Assembly (NCBI RefSeq): GCF_009834535.1
Contig: NC_045696.1
Span: 54,438,001-54,502,000, forward strand
Source: Camelus ferus
Lineage: Eukaryota
Reading direction: 5' to 3'
Length of the DNA: 64,000 nt
Shown: piece by piece, positions 1 to 13,400 of the stretch
Numbering within the stretch: the stretch's first letter is position 1
Layout: every line of letters begins with the position of its first letter
Notes under the pieces: generated by a model
What the model was told of the DNA's origin: nothing
The model's input: only the letters and a program-made list of their open reading frames with translations
Database searches by the model: none
Program-made: the position numbers and the translations under genes

Positions 1-60
1 TAGAAAATATCATCTTCCTTGAATTTGTGGGGAGGATTAAGTGAAATACCATAATGTGAA
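1..60 (+). mobile_element. MIR SINE 3' fragment, cut by window start
   Basis: ttgtggggaggattaagtgaaata...atgtgaa resembles the MIR core-tail gttgtgaggattaaatgag. Confidence 0.45.
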
Positions 61-814
61 AAATAATACACAAAGCATATATTTTTAAATAATAAAAGGA
101 ATGTAAATCATATATTTGTTTAATTGAGAAGTTATTTTTGGTAACATTCATATTGCATAAGTGTATAACTGAACACTACAGATTCTCAATGCTACCAAAC
201 TTCCATGTCGTGATTTTTCTAAACTTAAAATTGCATTATCATATCCACAAAATTAACGTTCTAAATTACTTAAAATAAATATGCATGGATGTGCACCTGC
301 ATATTGGCCATGCAAATTAGCACATGCAAATATGCCTATAGATTAAAATGAATCAGGGTGCAGAACTAAATGAAATCAGTTGGTCAATTTAAATTTTTAA
401 TAAATCTTACCATTCGTGTACATTTAGGTTAAATGTTCATTGTGGTTTCTGAGAGCTTTGCATCCCACAAGGCTTCAGATACCCTGAGTTGTGGGGAATT
501 GCCTGTGAGGGACAATGGTGAGTGCATTGTGGACAGAGAGTTGCTAAAAAACTGATGCTGTTTTAAAGAAGAAATAAGAAGGAGACAAACACATCCAGTG
601 AAGTCATGGAAAAGCATGTACATAGGTATTACGATGCTCACTGCAAAGCAAACTAAATCTACATTGTCCTTGGACCCCAGAAGTTTACAAACTAAACAGA
701 CTATATACAAGGACAATTATTGATGGGATTATAAGCAACTGCATAGTAGGAAGATATCTCAATATAAAAGGATGACAGCTGCTATAGCTGGAAGTGATAC
801 TGGTCATCATAAGA

Positions 815-1110
815 GGTATCAAAAACCCAAATGCATACAAAGGGCAGGCAATAGCCTAACTTTGTGAAGCAGGCTGGCGGAAGTCACCTGAAGGCTGACC
901 ATGGTCCAGGTTTAAGTTTAAAAGGGACAGCTTTCATCAGTTAAGGGTATTGTAACCATTTAGAAATGATGTTAGCAGTGATTGATTTTATCAGGGAAAG
1001 CTAAATACGAATCTCCTAAATTTTTTTTAACTTGGCACTTAAGCCAACAAATAAAACAGTAATGACAAACAAACAAACAAAACATGAATTTGACTTGCAG
1101 TCACTGACCC
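815..1110. mobile_element. Old non-autonomous hAT DNA transposon remnant (MER102-like)
   Basis: Start aaacccaaatgcatacaaagggcaggca...gtgaagcaggctgg resembles the recalled hAT-Charlie MITE terminus. Degenerate. Confidence 0.3.
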
Positions 1111-2131
1111 TTACACCCTCAGAGTTCAGTTAAGGGAACTGAGTTCCAGAGAGATAAATGGTGCACAGGGGCTCCTAAGTGGCCACTTGCAGCTTAGATT
1201 TCAACTTTTCTAATCCTGGAATAAATAGTCTACGTCATGGATATTATAAAGGTGAGAAAAATTTCCCTCTGCAGCTCTACTCATATTTTCTATTAATTGC
1301 TGGAGGCTGGTAATCTGTCAGATGTGAATACTGGCTCTTTGGTTTGAACTTAACAATATGTTGGTTAATTCAATGGTGGCCCTGCTGCAAACGAGTCCCT
1401 CCTGCTCCTTTCCCATGTGCTGCTCCTTCCCCCTCTCGATGGCTGTGACACCAGTACTGTGGGACTAACCCATCAAGGCCTCGAGGGGCAAGAGGCTACC
1501 TCTCCCAGCCAACTCCCTTGCCCTGTACAGCATCTGAGAAAAATCGTGTCCTCCCTCCCACTAAAAAACACAGCAAGTCATTTTAAAGGTTTGAGGTCAG
1601 AGCATATTCGAATGGCATTCATTTTTCATTTTTTATCCACATGCCCAGTTTTGAAATAGTTTCATTTAAAAAATATTTTTATTTTGCTATTTTGGTTCCA
1701 CTTTTTGGCCGGCATTCATTTCTGTCAAAGGAAGGAAGAAGAAAAGCAGTGTTATACGTATCAGATGGAGGGAATCTGCTAAGTGTCAGGGAAATAAAAG
1801 ACAACGGCCTATATTCTGCAGCTGTTATGTGTGAGCATGCCGTCCTTAAGAACAGGGCTAGGGTTAGAGTAAATGATTCCTGAGAAATAGCTTGTGCAAA
1901 CACTACAATCTCTAAATAGTGTCTAATAAAAATTAAGCAAGCTTTTTTGATCTCATTTCCAAGTAAATGGGTGTCCTGCCACTTAGCATCACCTCTAGAA
2001 GTAACCTTGTCATATCTTGCCAACTGAACAGTATTATAGCTTGTCAAGGTAAATGGCAGAGCTGTGCAGCAACTTCCTCTTGCAAACAAAACACACTGGA
2101 TGACAAACAGAATGGAGTACTGTAAGGGTTC

Positions 2132-2904
2132 TTTTTTTTTTTTATATCAAATTTTTGTTCATTAGTTTACTGAAGTACAGTCTGTTTATGTGTCAATTTC
2201 TGTTGTACAGAGTAATAGTTCACTAATACATATACATACATATATTTATTTTCATATTCTTTTTCATTATAGGTTGCTACAAGATACTGAATGTAGTTCC
2301 CTGTGCCATACAGAAGAAAACTGTGGTATATCTACTTTATATATAGTAGTTAGTATCTGCAAATCTCAAACTCTCATTTTGTCCCTTCCCATCTCTTTCC
2401 TTCCTGGTAACTATAAGCTTGTTTTCTATGCCTGTGAGTCTTGTTTTTGCTTTGTAAGTAAGTTCATTCGTGCTTTTTTTTTTTTTTTTAGATTCCACAT
2501 ATAAGTTATATCATATGGTATTTTCCTATTTTTTTTTCTCTTTCTGGCTTACTTCACTTAGAATGATGACCTCCAGGTCCATCCATGTTGCTCAAATGGC
2601 ACTATTTTATTATTTTTTATGGCTGAGTAGTATTCCATTGTATAAATAGATCACAACTACTTTATCCAGTTATCTGTTGATGGATATTTAGGTTGTTTCC
2701 ATGTCTTGGTTATTGTATACAGTGCTGCTATGAACACTGGGGTGCATGCATCCTTTTGAATTAAGAGTTCCCTCTGGATATATGCCCACAAGTGGGATTG
2801 CTGGACCATATGGTATGTCTATGTTTAGTTTTTGGAGGAATCTCCCTACTGTTTTCCATAAAGGCTGCACCAAACTACATTCTCACCAACAGTGTAGGAG
2901 GGTT
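2132..2904 (-). mobile_element. 5'-truncated LINE-1 (ORF2 C-terminal remnant, 3'UTR and polyA)
   Basis: Poly-T at 2132; antisense L1 3'UTR motifs (ctggcttacttcacttagaatgat, tttttatggctgagtagtattccattgt). ORF 2688-2873 [32 protein letters not shown] is L1 ORF2p C-terminal sequence. Probable TSD tgtaagggttct (2121-2132) / tgtgtgggttct (2905-2916), 10/12 identical. Confidence 0.95.
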
Positions 2905-5139
2905 TGTGTGGGTTCTCATTAGGATAACATCAATTGGTTATTTACACGTAAGATTAGGTGAGTTAAGAAAATCTTGTGTTCTAAAAACATCTCTAAAAGT
3001 TATTCCTCTGTCTTCTTATGTGATGTGAGGTTAAGATAAGGGGTTCAACTGGTGTTTAACCATCTGAAAAAGTTACACTTTACTCAGTTGGAGTCTTCCA
3101 TGAAGACTTAAAGTACTGATATGCCTAGGGTCACACTAGGTACTAAAAAACCAAAGTAAGGAAAAGTCTTCAACTTTTAAGTGCAAAGATAAAGCACAAC
3201 ATACAAGGGAGTATTCCGACAAGATGGAGAAGATATACAAATATGTGCATATTTGGCATTATCAAATACGATATCCTTTGATTGGCTGTGCCTGAGATGC
3301 CCTGACTAGGATGAAGACACAGAGGCAGAAGCCAGGCTTTGGTGCCCTTGGGAGGTCTGGTCAGAGTGGAGCAGGGGGAGGGACAGCCTAGGTACGGAGA
3401 GTGCTTGACATGCAGGGTGAGGTCACCCTGGCCACATGCCCTCCTGTGAGGCCGAGTTGGGGAGCGACATAAGCCTTCTCCTGAGAGGATGATGGGCCCT
3501 TCATCCCATCCTATTTTTGCTCTCAACTGGTTGTTCCTCATCTGGAAAACTCATCTAACCTATTTCATATTGGAAGCTAAGATTAAATAAAAAAGTAAAA
3601 AGTGATCCACAAAAAGCACTCATCTGACAGACAGATAAAAGTGTTAGAACATAGGCCTTTTCCACACAGACACCACCCCAGTCTACTGGGTGACCATTTG
3701 ATCTTCTTCATTTTACTTCTCTCCCCGATCTGATTCCTCCACAGGTGGGCAACGTAGAAATTAGGACACAGTCTCACTGAGTCTTTAGTAATGGGTGGCA
3801 TCTGTAAGGTCATACTATTCTAAGAAAAGAAGACCACACATCCTGCCAAAGTGGGAGCAGTTCTATTCATACAGTGCAAAAGCGACTGAGGGGTCAACAG
3901 TCATAGCTGCAGGAGTTTTCTCTTGCCCAGGTGCCCAAAGAGAAGTCACTCCCGTGACCTGAGTGTGGCTTTCCTGCCTTTATTCTGCATGGCCGGTCTC
4001 CTGTTAGACAAGTAGGTTACTGGTAAGAGAGGGGTGATTTCAGACATGCAGCTAGAGACACACAGATTCAAACAAGAGAACTTTACCTACATGTCTAAAA
4101 TTTCCCCAGACCCCAAAGTAACTCCTGGTAAACTTGACTGACACACATGATGAGTTGCTGCACTGGGACATAAGTTCCATGAGAGCATGGGAGTTGCCCC
4201 GAGCCACTGACTTATACCCACTGATCACAGACCCAGCACATCATGGTCACGGCATAGATATATATATTAAGCTAATACATTAAATGTTAGGGATATTTAC
4301 TCAGGTTAAAATTCTCATTCCAGCACACTGAATTTAAATTTGAGTCCATTTTCCTTCTGTGAGCAGTCAGGCTTCTCTCTCCCTCCATCTTGTACATACA
4401 CAAAATAGCATTATTGTATACAAACACTCACTCTAATCAAACCCTGGTGTTCTATGGAAATTAAAATTTCCTGAACATCTCTGCCCTCTGAGCTGTCTGC
4501 AGAAGTGGTTTTTATCTTTAGAGCGACACAATCCATAAACCACTGAGTGGAGAGCATCTCCATGTTGATTACCGTTCACCTGGGATGAGAAACTTCTCTA
4601 GGATGCATTCGCTATAAGGGATTTGTTGGTGCTACAAGTACTAATGAGTGTTCTAAAAAACGTCTGGAGCGCTCTCCATCATGTGGAGGAAAGGATCGCA
4701 TGAAAAACATCTTTAATAAACATTCTTCAAAGTCAGTAATAAATAGCAAGTTTATACACAGTCACATATAATTTAAGTACATTTTCAATTTACTTAGATA
4801 TACAGCTTTAGGCCTCTCTAAATGTTTAGAAATTCTGATAAAATAAATTTTATGGATATTAGGTAAGTTAAAAATACGGATATGTTTAAATTTCTATTTA
4901 AACTAACAAACCAAATTTGGTCTCCTATTATCACTAGATTGGGAAACCCCTCAAAAGATTATTCTTTTCTTCTCATATAGTGCATATGATTGATTCGACA
5001 TAAATACCTTAAATACAAGGTGAACTAAACATTACTAACAAATGGAACAAGTAACAATAGAGGACACCAGGAGAAAGTGTAAAGAGTCAAACTGAATGCA
5101 ATAAACTGGAAACAAATTCTTTGATACACTGATCATTTT

Positions 5140-5925
5140 AACAATTTGAGATCTAGCTATGAGCCAAATGCTAGGTGCTACACATAAGGTAGAGAGTAAA
5201 GGAACAACAGTTTCCACCTCAGCATCTTATGATCCAATGGGGAAGGCAGACATTAATATAATAATTGCGTAAACATACATTTTCAAAATGCGGTAAGTGC
5301 TCTGAAGGAAAAGCCAGGTTGCTCAGACAACACATAGCAGGGGACCTGACCCTGCCTGGGTTGACACAGGGGTGGGTTTCTGGAGTCAGTAATGCCTGTG
5401 CTGAGATCTGAAGGGTGAGGGAGGACGGAGGTAACAGGTGGACCAGGCGGTCACTGTAAGGAGAGCACAGCTGGAGCGAAGGCCCACGGCAGGAGGCAGC
5501 CCGAGCTTTCCGTGCCCTGCAGTTGGCTGGCGCAGCCTGCACAGAGATAACAAGACAGAAAGCAGTTCACAGTGTGGCTAAGAAGACACCAGGTCAAGCA
5601 GGACCCTGAGGCCAAGATGGAGGTTTTGGTCTTTATTCTCAGAAAAGCAGGAAGGCTTTAAAGGCTTTTAAGCATAGGTGGTCTGAACTGTGAAAAGACT
5701 TCTCTGCTTGCAACACAGAGCGTGAACTAGAGAGGAACAAAACTAGAGTTTGGGAAACAAATGAGGAAGATTTTCCCCTTCCAAGTGAACTGGAATAGTA
5801 TTTTGGACTGGAGTGGTAATGGAGACAGGACAGAGGAAGAGAGGTGCATGGAATTGGGCAATGTTCAGTAATAGGTTTAGTCATATGTTGCTTGTGGGGG
5901 ATGAAAGGGGAGGTCCCAGAAGTAC
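5140..5925 (-). mobile_element. LINE-2 3' region remnant
   Basis: Antisense L2 motifs: tgctaggtgct...atccaatggggaaggcagacatt...gctgagatctgaagg...ttttggtctttattct...gggttttaagca-like. Confidence 0.7.
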
Positions 5926-5961
5926 CTTCAGAATGAAAGCGGCTAAAGAATTCTGAGGTAC

Positions 5962-6105
5962 TGTTGTGGGTTGAATTCTGTCCCCTCCAAAAGACATGTT
6001 GGTGTCCTGACTACCAGTACCTCAGAAAGTGACCTTATTTGGAGACAGAGTCTTACAGAAGAAATCGAGTTAAAATAACGACATTAGAGTGGGCGCTAAC
6101 CTAAG
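5962..6105 (+). mobile_element. MLT1 (ERVL-MaLR) LTR 5' fragment
   Basis: tgttgtgggttgaattctgtcccctccaaaagacatgttg...cagtacctcagaaagtgaccttatttggagacagagtctt is the typical MLT1 LTR start. Confidence 0.85.
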
Positions 6106-7559
6106 TGTTGCTTTTAAGCTTCAGGGAAATTGCTAATGACTGAAAGGCATTGTAGAAATTGCAAGGCAGAGTATGAGCTCAACTGAAGATGTTCAGTAAA
6201 TTAACAGCATAAAATTATTTACAACTGCTGCCTATGACTTAGCAGATAAAGGTGAGCATAGGTTCTTGGATGACAGCACCTTCAAATTAAGGTAAGGGAA
6301 TTTGCTATGTTGGGGCAGTCTTGGTGAGGCAGAGTGATTATTGAGGGTAATTAAGAGTGGTGGTGAACAAGAGACGTGGGATCCACTATTAGATGTGTGA
6401 AGAGGTGTCCATCACAGTTCACCCTCACAAAGGTTGTGCAGTTTTCTGTATCCTGTCAAGAGCGGTTTACAGCAGTCACTTTAACTGGTGAAACTACCTA
6501 ACAGTCCAGCAAAGGAAAGGTCCTTAGACATCACTCACTGGAAACATCTAATGGTGCAAACAGGAAACCAAGGTCTAGAAAAGCTAATGGCATTCTCAAG
6601 TTTATAGAAACATGCACTGGCCAAGGAGACACTAGAGCAAAAATTCCTGACTTTTCTCAAATATTTTTCCAGCTATCTCTTGACCTCTCTTATTCTAGAC
6701 TCTAGTGTGAAGCCCAGGACAAGATCCCGAGGGTTGTATAGTAGCTGGACCAGAAGAGCCACATGAGCCCAGTAAATATAGTGATGATGGAGATATACAG
6801 ATAGACTCTGCTCTGCCTTCAATTCTAATTGTGCTCTTTATATTTACACACAGATCGCAGAACTCTGTTCCAATGTGGCTCACTGTTACAGAATTTAGCT
6901 TTATCTTAGGTCAAAATTTTTCCCACAAATTTAACAATGCTAAAAAATAAGAAGCACCAGGATTTAGACAATATAATCTAACCAGGATTTAGTTTACTCT
7001 TGTTTTCCAGTACCAGTATAAAGAAGACTGTCCATGTAAACACTGACAATGACATCAACTATCCTTCTCTTTCATATTTTTATATTATTTTTTCAACAGG
7101 GAATTGCTGATGAAAGTCTTTTTCACATGAGAACTCATGAAACACTTAAGCTTAGATAGTTGTTTACTTTTTAAAAAATGAGAATAGGAGCAAACAGAAT
7201 AATTAGCATATACTGGGCACCAAAAATTTTAGATTATTTGTTCAAACATCAAAAACGATGACATAAATAATTGCCAGATATTCTAGAGGTCTGGGCACAC
7301 ATTCTTTCAAACCACATCAATTCATATTGTTGATCTTTCACTCCAGTAAAGAGAACCATATTCTGAGCTCAAGATACTTCCTGAATGTTAAACATTAGCA
7401 TGTGTGGGACATCTAGTGGTGCACTGAATGGGTTAGACTTCTGTATCTCAGTGCTTGTATCCATTCATGTAACTTGAGCAAGGGAATTCATGCAGTTAAA
7501 GTAATAAACAATCCTCACTTTTAACTTTTATTGGTTAAATCAGCCTGACGGAGAACTTA

Positions 7560-7725
7560 CATTTCTTCTTCCTCATCTCTTTCCCCATTCTCCCTCATCA
7601 TCCTCTCGGCATCTTCCCCATCATCACCACCTTCCCCACCACTTCCTTGAATATGTCCTCCTCTAGCACTATCTCCTGCTTCTTCTACTCCTGCTATTAT
7701 GCCTCCTCCTTCTCTTCTTTCTCAA
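7560..7725. repeat. CT-rich low-complexity tract
   Basis: Degenerate (TCC/TCT/CAT)n runs. Confidence 0.6.
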
Positions 7726-9634
7726 CAACTTACATGAGACCCATGCCAAGTAATCCAGCACTGGAATGGAAGGAGAAATGGAAGGATTCTTCTACACATA
7801 GCCATCCTGTGAAGTCTGGTACCTGGTGGACCCCACCAGACGCTCTGGAGCTGTTTTTACAATACTGTCTAAAAGAGACACGCAGACTCTTCATGTTCTC
7901 ATTTAACGTGTACTGAGGTCATCTTTAGTTTTCCTCTTATTTTTCTTTAAGTTTACTCACTTAGAAATACATTCTTGAAATGGACTGTTATGATAATTCC
8001 TGAAATTCTTAAAAATCATACAATACCTGTTGCCAAGGTAACATGATATGGGTAGATGAAAGGAAGAGGGGCATTGATCATTTTCAAATTCTCAAGTTGC
8101 ATGCATGGTGTGCAATAACATGGCACTAATTAAAGAATGGCCCCTGTCTAAGACTGCTCAAATACTTTCCCAGACACAGTTATACACGGCAGTCCTTAGG
8201 AGATCATTTTTCAGTACTCTGCCTTAAATCAGTGTTTGCTTCTTCCACTCACTTATCTGCAACTTGTTATTTGATCTCTACAAGCTTTACCGAAGACCTT
8301 GCCCACTTTATTGGTTTTCCCTTTTAGCATTATTGTGGTTGAGCCACTTAATCCTGGTTATATTTATCATGGAGAATAACATCAAACTCATATGTATTGT
8401 TGAACATACCAAAGCTTGGTATAGGTACCAGAAGCCATAGGCAACCAAACAAAGAAACAAACATGGATCTGACATTCAATTTATCTCAATATGTTGCCAA
8501 GAGGAAAAAGGAACATATGTCAGAGCCTCACAGTTGTATCTTTTCACCCATCACAAAATGACTGCAAACATTAAATGATATCCTATTTTATTATTTTGCA
8601 ATAATATACTATACAATGAATGTGACTATATATTTCAGTGCCCAGCATACTTTAGAAATGAGTCTCAATCACATTTCCAGATATTACAGAATGTGTTAAT
8701 TAGGGATATTTTTATTTTAATGGTAAACCATTGTACACTTGAGCAACTGCTTTCAAATGGTCTATTGAGTTTATAACAGATAAATATAATTATATAATGT
8801 ATTATTGTCATGATTGCTGCACTTTACTGAATACATCATTACCAAATGACCCCACGGCACACTCACAAAGAATGAAAGCTCATGCCTCTTCAAGTTCAAA
8901 GAATACACAAAATCATGGATTTGGGAATTTTAAGGATTGATAGCAAACTAGCATGTAACAGTGTTTGTGTATATTTACAACACATTTGTCCCTGGATAGT
9001 CAATGAAATAAAATATGTATGTCCATTTGTATCAAGTGATTCAAATTAAGTGGCTAAAATAGTGTAAAGACATATAAGGAGAACAGTAATCATGTCACCT
9101 GATACAAAACCTATGACTTAAAAATGTGTCTGTTTCCATGTTTACTAATTAAGGTCAAGGGCCGAGGCATCTGGTGACCCAAAGCAGAGAAGTGTTCCAC
9201 TGGGTGGATACAGCACAGAAGTGCTCCTGGTAGGTGGCACTGATTTCCCTGGGGGTTCACTGGGTCAAGGACTCCTCTGGTTAACATGATGACCCTCTAA
9301 AGCAAGCGGGAAGGGGCTCCACCCTGAACATGTACAACCCTTAAAGCTCCCTCCCCAATAAGCAGAGACATCAGGTTCTCACTTCAAGCAGACTGTACAA
9401 ATTGAGAATTATTTCAAGGGAACACCATAGTATAGATATTACAAAAATTTGTGTAGAGGATGGAGGTGATGAAAGGCACTGAATAAATAGTAGCAAAGGC
9501 TGGGTGGAAAGAAGCTCTCTTACCTCCACTGTGTTCCCTATCTTAGGAGAAGAGAAAAAAATTTCCTGGAAGGAATTTAGAACAAAAATTCATACACACC
9601 TCAGGCACACAAAATTTAACTGATAAAGTAAAAA

Positions 9635-9815
9635 GAGCAATGAACTCAGAGTTATAAGGGCTATCTAGTTTCTAGTCTTGATTTGGCAACTAGCAGATTT
9701 GTTAAAAAATGTACAAATCACATCACCTTCCTGTGCCTCAGTTGTCTCATCTGGGAAATGAAGAGGTTTGAAGTCTGCTATCTAAGGTTGCCTTTGGTTC
9801 TACTCTTCTTTGATT
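9635..9815 (+). mobile_element. MIR/MIR3 SINE
   Basis: Core ctgtgcctcagttgtctcatctgggaaatg followed by a MIR3-type tail (tctaaggttgcctt). Confidence 0.65.
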
Positions 9816-10465
9816 CTAAGACAAAAATACAAGGAAAAATCTTTGAGGGCAGCTATTATCTTTGCTCCTTTCTTTTCCCATCAGGGCCCAGGGTACCTTG
9901 CTCACTGAGAGCTGTCAAATGAATGAACAGAGGAGGAAGATTCAGACCTCTGACAAAGCCACATCACACAACCTGGCAATGTTTGAGACTCAACCTATTT
10001 CTCTCTCTCTCTCTCCAACTTTGAAGGCCATTTTCCCCTCATTCTCTCATCTCTGTATGTTTCAAATCTCCCATCTCCTCCTGTACAAAACATGAGTTTC
10101 CTAAATACTTGGCATTCAATTAAAAAAGAGGCCAGTGCCTAAGTAGAAACTCCTGAAACAGTGCTCCTAAATACCTGTTTCAAATACCTTCAATGCCACC
10201 CCAGTGGTCCTGAGACCACCTAACTCTGTAGGTGAAACGCTAGTGGCCTAGAAGGGTGGATTCTCAAAACTTGACATGGCTTGTGAATGGAAAAGCAAAT
10301 GTAAGATGCTCGAGTTAGTGGATTTCAGTAGTCCCTAGTGGTTCTTATCTATCTGCTACTGCTGACAAAACTATTCATCAGATAGGTATATTTAGCCTTT
10401 TGCCAGGCAAGGCAAAAACCCCAAAACCTAAAATTCCTAGTCTATATGCATCTATTAATTAATTA

Positions 10466-10668
10466 TTTTTAAAATTGTAGTATAGTCAGTTATAATGTGT
10501 CAATTTCTGGTGTACAGCACAGTATCCCGATAGTCATGAGCATATATATATATATATTCATTTTCATATTCTTTTTCACTAAAGGTGATTACAAGATACT
10601 GAATATAGATCCCTGAGCTATACACAAGAAACTTGTTTTTTTGATCTGTTTTTATATATAGTGGCTAA
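10466..10668 (-). mobile_element. Short LINE-1 3' end fragment
   Basis: gtgtcaatttctggtgtacagc...ttttcatattctttttca...tacaagatactgaat closely parallels 2190-2300 of the L1 above. Confidence 0.88.
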
Positions 10669-11799
10669 TGGTAATTCTTCAAACATTCATGAGTCTCACA
10701 GGTTAGAGGTGTTCTCCTGCCTCCTTGGCTGGCCTCAGAAGACACAGTTTATGGCAAAAAGAACTCATTATAGCACTTCCTTGTTTAGAACTCAGGACTA
10801 ACGTTCAGCTTTGTATGACCCTCTCTACCAATGAATCTCTACCACATTCATCTGAGTGTCTTGCTGAGGATAGAGCACAGATGAGTAGGTGTACATCTTG
10901 GTTATACCCTGTAACCAATGAAACATTATGAGTTTGACATTTCTGGAAAGTGCCAAACCCCACTGAGCCTCGTGTACCATTCATACTGCCCCTGGAAGAA
11001 AAACTTCAAGCTGTGATCAAGAAGAAAGAAGTAGAACATTCAAAACCAGAAGTTCCTTTTCTTGCCTGTAATTTTCTACTTTCCTTTTGTACTGTTAATG
11101 CCAGTAATTAACGGCAGTATTTGTGTTTGAGTGAGATTTCAGTCCCTCCCCCTCCATTGTCGACGTTGGTTTTGAGAATCAAGTCTTCTCTATTTGTGAG
11201 GGACAAGAACTCCACCACAAGCTGCTGTGGCTTAGAAGGAAAGGGAAAAAAGCAAAGCAAAAATGAAAAAAATGTAACCTCTAGACTGAAATAAGGTTCT
11301 TTTAAATAAGGATTATCTAATCAATAAGACTACTGTTTCTTGACTTATCTGAATTTATACTTTCAGTTCCAAAAAGTATACAGATAGTTCTATGTCTCTG
11401 AAAATATGCTTAATTTCCCCCAAATGCAAATCCCCCTTACTATAAAAGGACATACAAGGGCACAGTAGGTGAATTTTAGGGGGAACACGTCTAATAGGTA
11501 GCTCATGATCAAATATTAATACAGAGCCTAAATAACTGTATTGCTGTTAACCCTTGTTAAATGATCCCTATGCAGTCTCTACAACATTATTATTTTATCT
11601 GTATAGCCACATTTTGATGAGGTACTATTATTCCCAACATTCTACAGGTAATTTATCTGAGACTTTGCAAGGCCACACAGCAGAATTAGAACTACCAAGT
11701 CTGTGTGACAAGGAAACTAGTGCTCTTAAGGTTTACTTTACATTGTGAGAGAGTCCTGCAGGATTTTCTGTGGAAGAGATTAAGTGCAAAGCATGATTA

Positions 11800-12015
11800 T
11801 GAGATGAGAGCACTGGATGAGAAGTCAGAAAATGTGAATGTGAATCTGGGTTCTAATGTGCATTCATTATACAAACTTCACTATGTCATCAGTTTCCTTA
11901 TCTGTGAAATGGGTATAATTGTTTGGCAGCCCACACTCCTGGACTGTCCTGAAAACCAAGTAAGATACACACACTAGTATTCAGCAAACTATAAAAGCTA
12001 CAAAGCATTGCTATT
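11800..12015 (+). mobile_element. MIR SINE
   Basis: gagcactggatgagaagtcagaa...tcagtttccttatctgtgaaatgggtataat. Confidence 0.7.
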
Positions 12016-12599
12016 TCAACATTATAAAGACAAATATTAATATTCTAGATTCTAAAATGGTAGATGAGGATGGAAGCATGAACAGAACAGAGATTTGCAG
12101 ACACAAAGAGAAGCAAAGGAGTTATGTAATGCAAAGTGAGAGAACAAGGCCATTGGAGGTAAGAATAAGAGAAAGCTTGGTGGGCTTCACATGGCAGATG
12201 GAGCTCACAGAAAGCACAGCCCAGAGGCAGAGTCCATCTCGTAAGATTCAGAGGAATCAGGCCTTTGCGGACCAGACAGAGAAACAAATGTGCTGGGGCA
12301 GAAAATTATTTGAGACCCTCTAGCTTCACTCAATCTATTTCCCAGGATACAGAAAAATATAAATCTGATTGTCTGCCAAATCTTAGAGAATAAGAAGTAT
12401 TGCATGCAAGTGAAAAAGTGATGTAAACATGGGATGGTATGTGAAATAAGAGAGGAGAGCCCAAACCTCACTCCCAGTAGGAAGGTTTTGTGTGCACCAC
12501 TGTGGATGTGGTTAACGTTCTGGTCTTGAACCTCTGCCTATAATAATAGCTGCCATTTTTACATCCATTCTCTCTGTAACCCCTTGTAACTGAGATTCT

Positions 12600-13400
12600 G
12601 TCCCCAGCAGAGCGTGATTCTGATTTCCTCTCATTTCTCAGGCTGTCCCACCTCTGAAAACTTTGTGCTCCTCCTGATCTTTGAGGGAGGTTGTAACATA
12701 GGCTCAGTACTTGGCTCCTGCTCTGTGCCCTGCATGTATCAATTTTCAACATGTTGTCTCAGGTCATGACTTACACTTGTATATTAACAACTTAAAGCCT
12801 TTAGCTCCAACCTGCCACCTTTAAGACTACCAGTTCTGCATGTCCAACAGCCTTCTAGTTACTGTTCTGTTCTTACCTACAGCTTACTATTCATCCTCTT
12901 TCTTGTCTCTGCTCTTTGGCTTTTTATCACTTATGTCACCATTTTCCTAATCAGACAAGGTCAGAATCACTGAGTTAATCATAAATTAAAAAATATCCCC
13001 TTTGACACAACTAGGAGAACTAGGTTACAGCCAGATCACTCTTGCATCTCTCCTGGGCATCCTACTTCCTCCCTTCTACTTGGTCCCATCAAGTAAATGG
13101 GGCAGCTCCATTATTTCTGGGCAGTGTTTCTTCCATCCATCCATCGAGTCATCCTTACCTTCCATTCCTCAGTGCCACCATTCTAATTTAGGTCCTATAA
13201 CTTCTTATTTTGGGGCAATTGACAGACTTTGCTCATTGAAACTACAATCTCTCACCTTTAGTCTTTCCAATGCATCATTTAAATACTGCCAGATTAACTT
13301 TCCTAAATGTTTTTTTTTAATTTTTAATCAAATCACTTCCCTAATAAAAATCACTTTCACTGGCTCACCAATCCAAGAGGACAAACCTCACCCAGGCATG
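12600..13400 (+). mobile_element. LINE-2 remnant
   Basis: Pyrimidine-rich sense L2 motifs, e.g. tgcatgtccaacagccttct and atactgccagattaactttcctaaatg...aatcacttccc. Confidence 0.55.

Noticed and set aside
2688..2873. 61-aa ORF with recognisable protein motifs
   Set aside because: LINE-1 ORF2p remnant inside a truncated L1, not a host gene.
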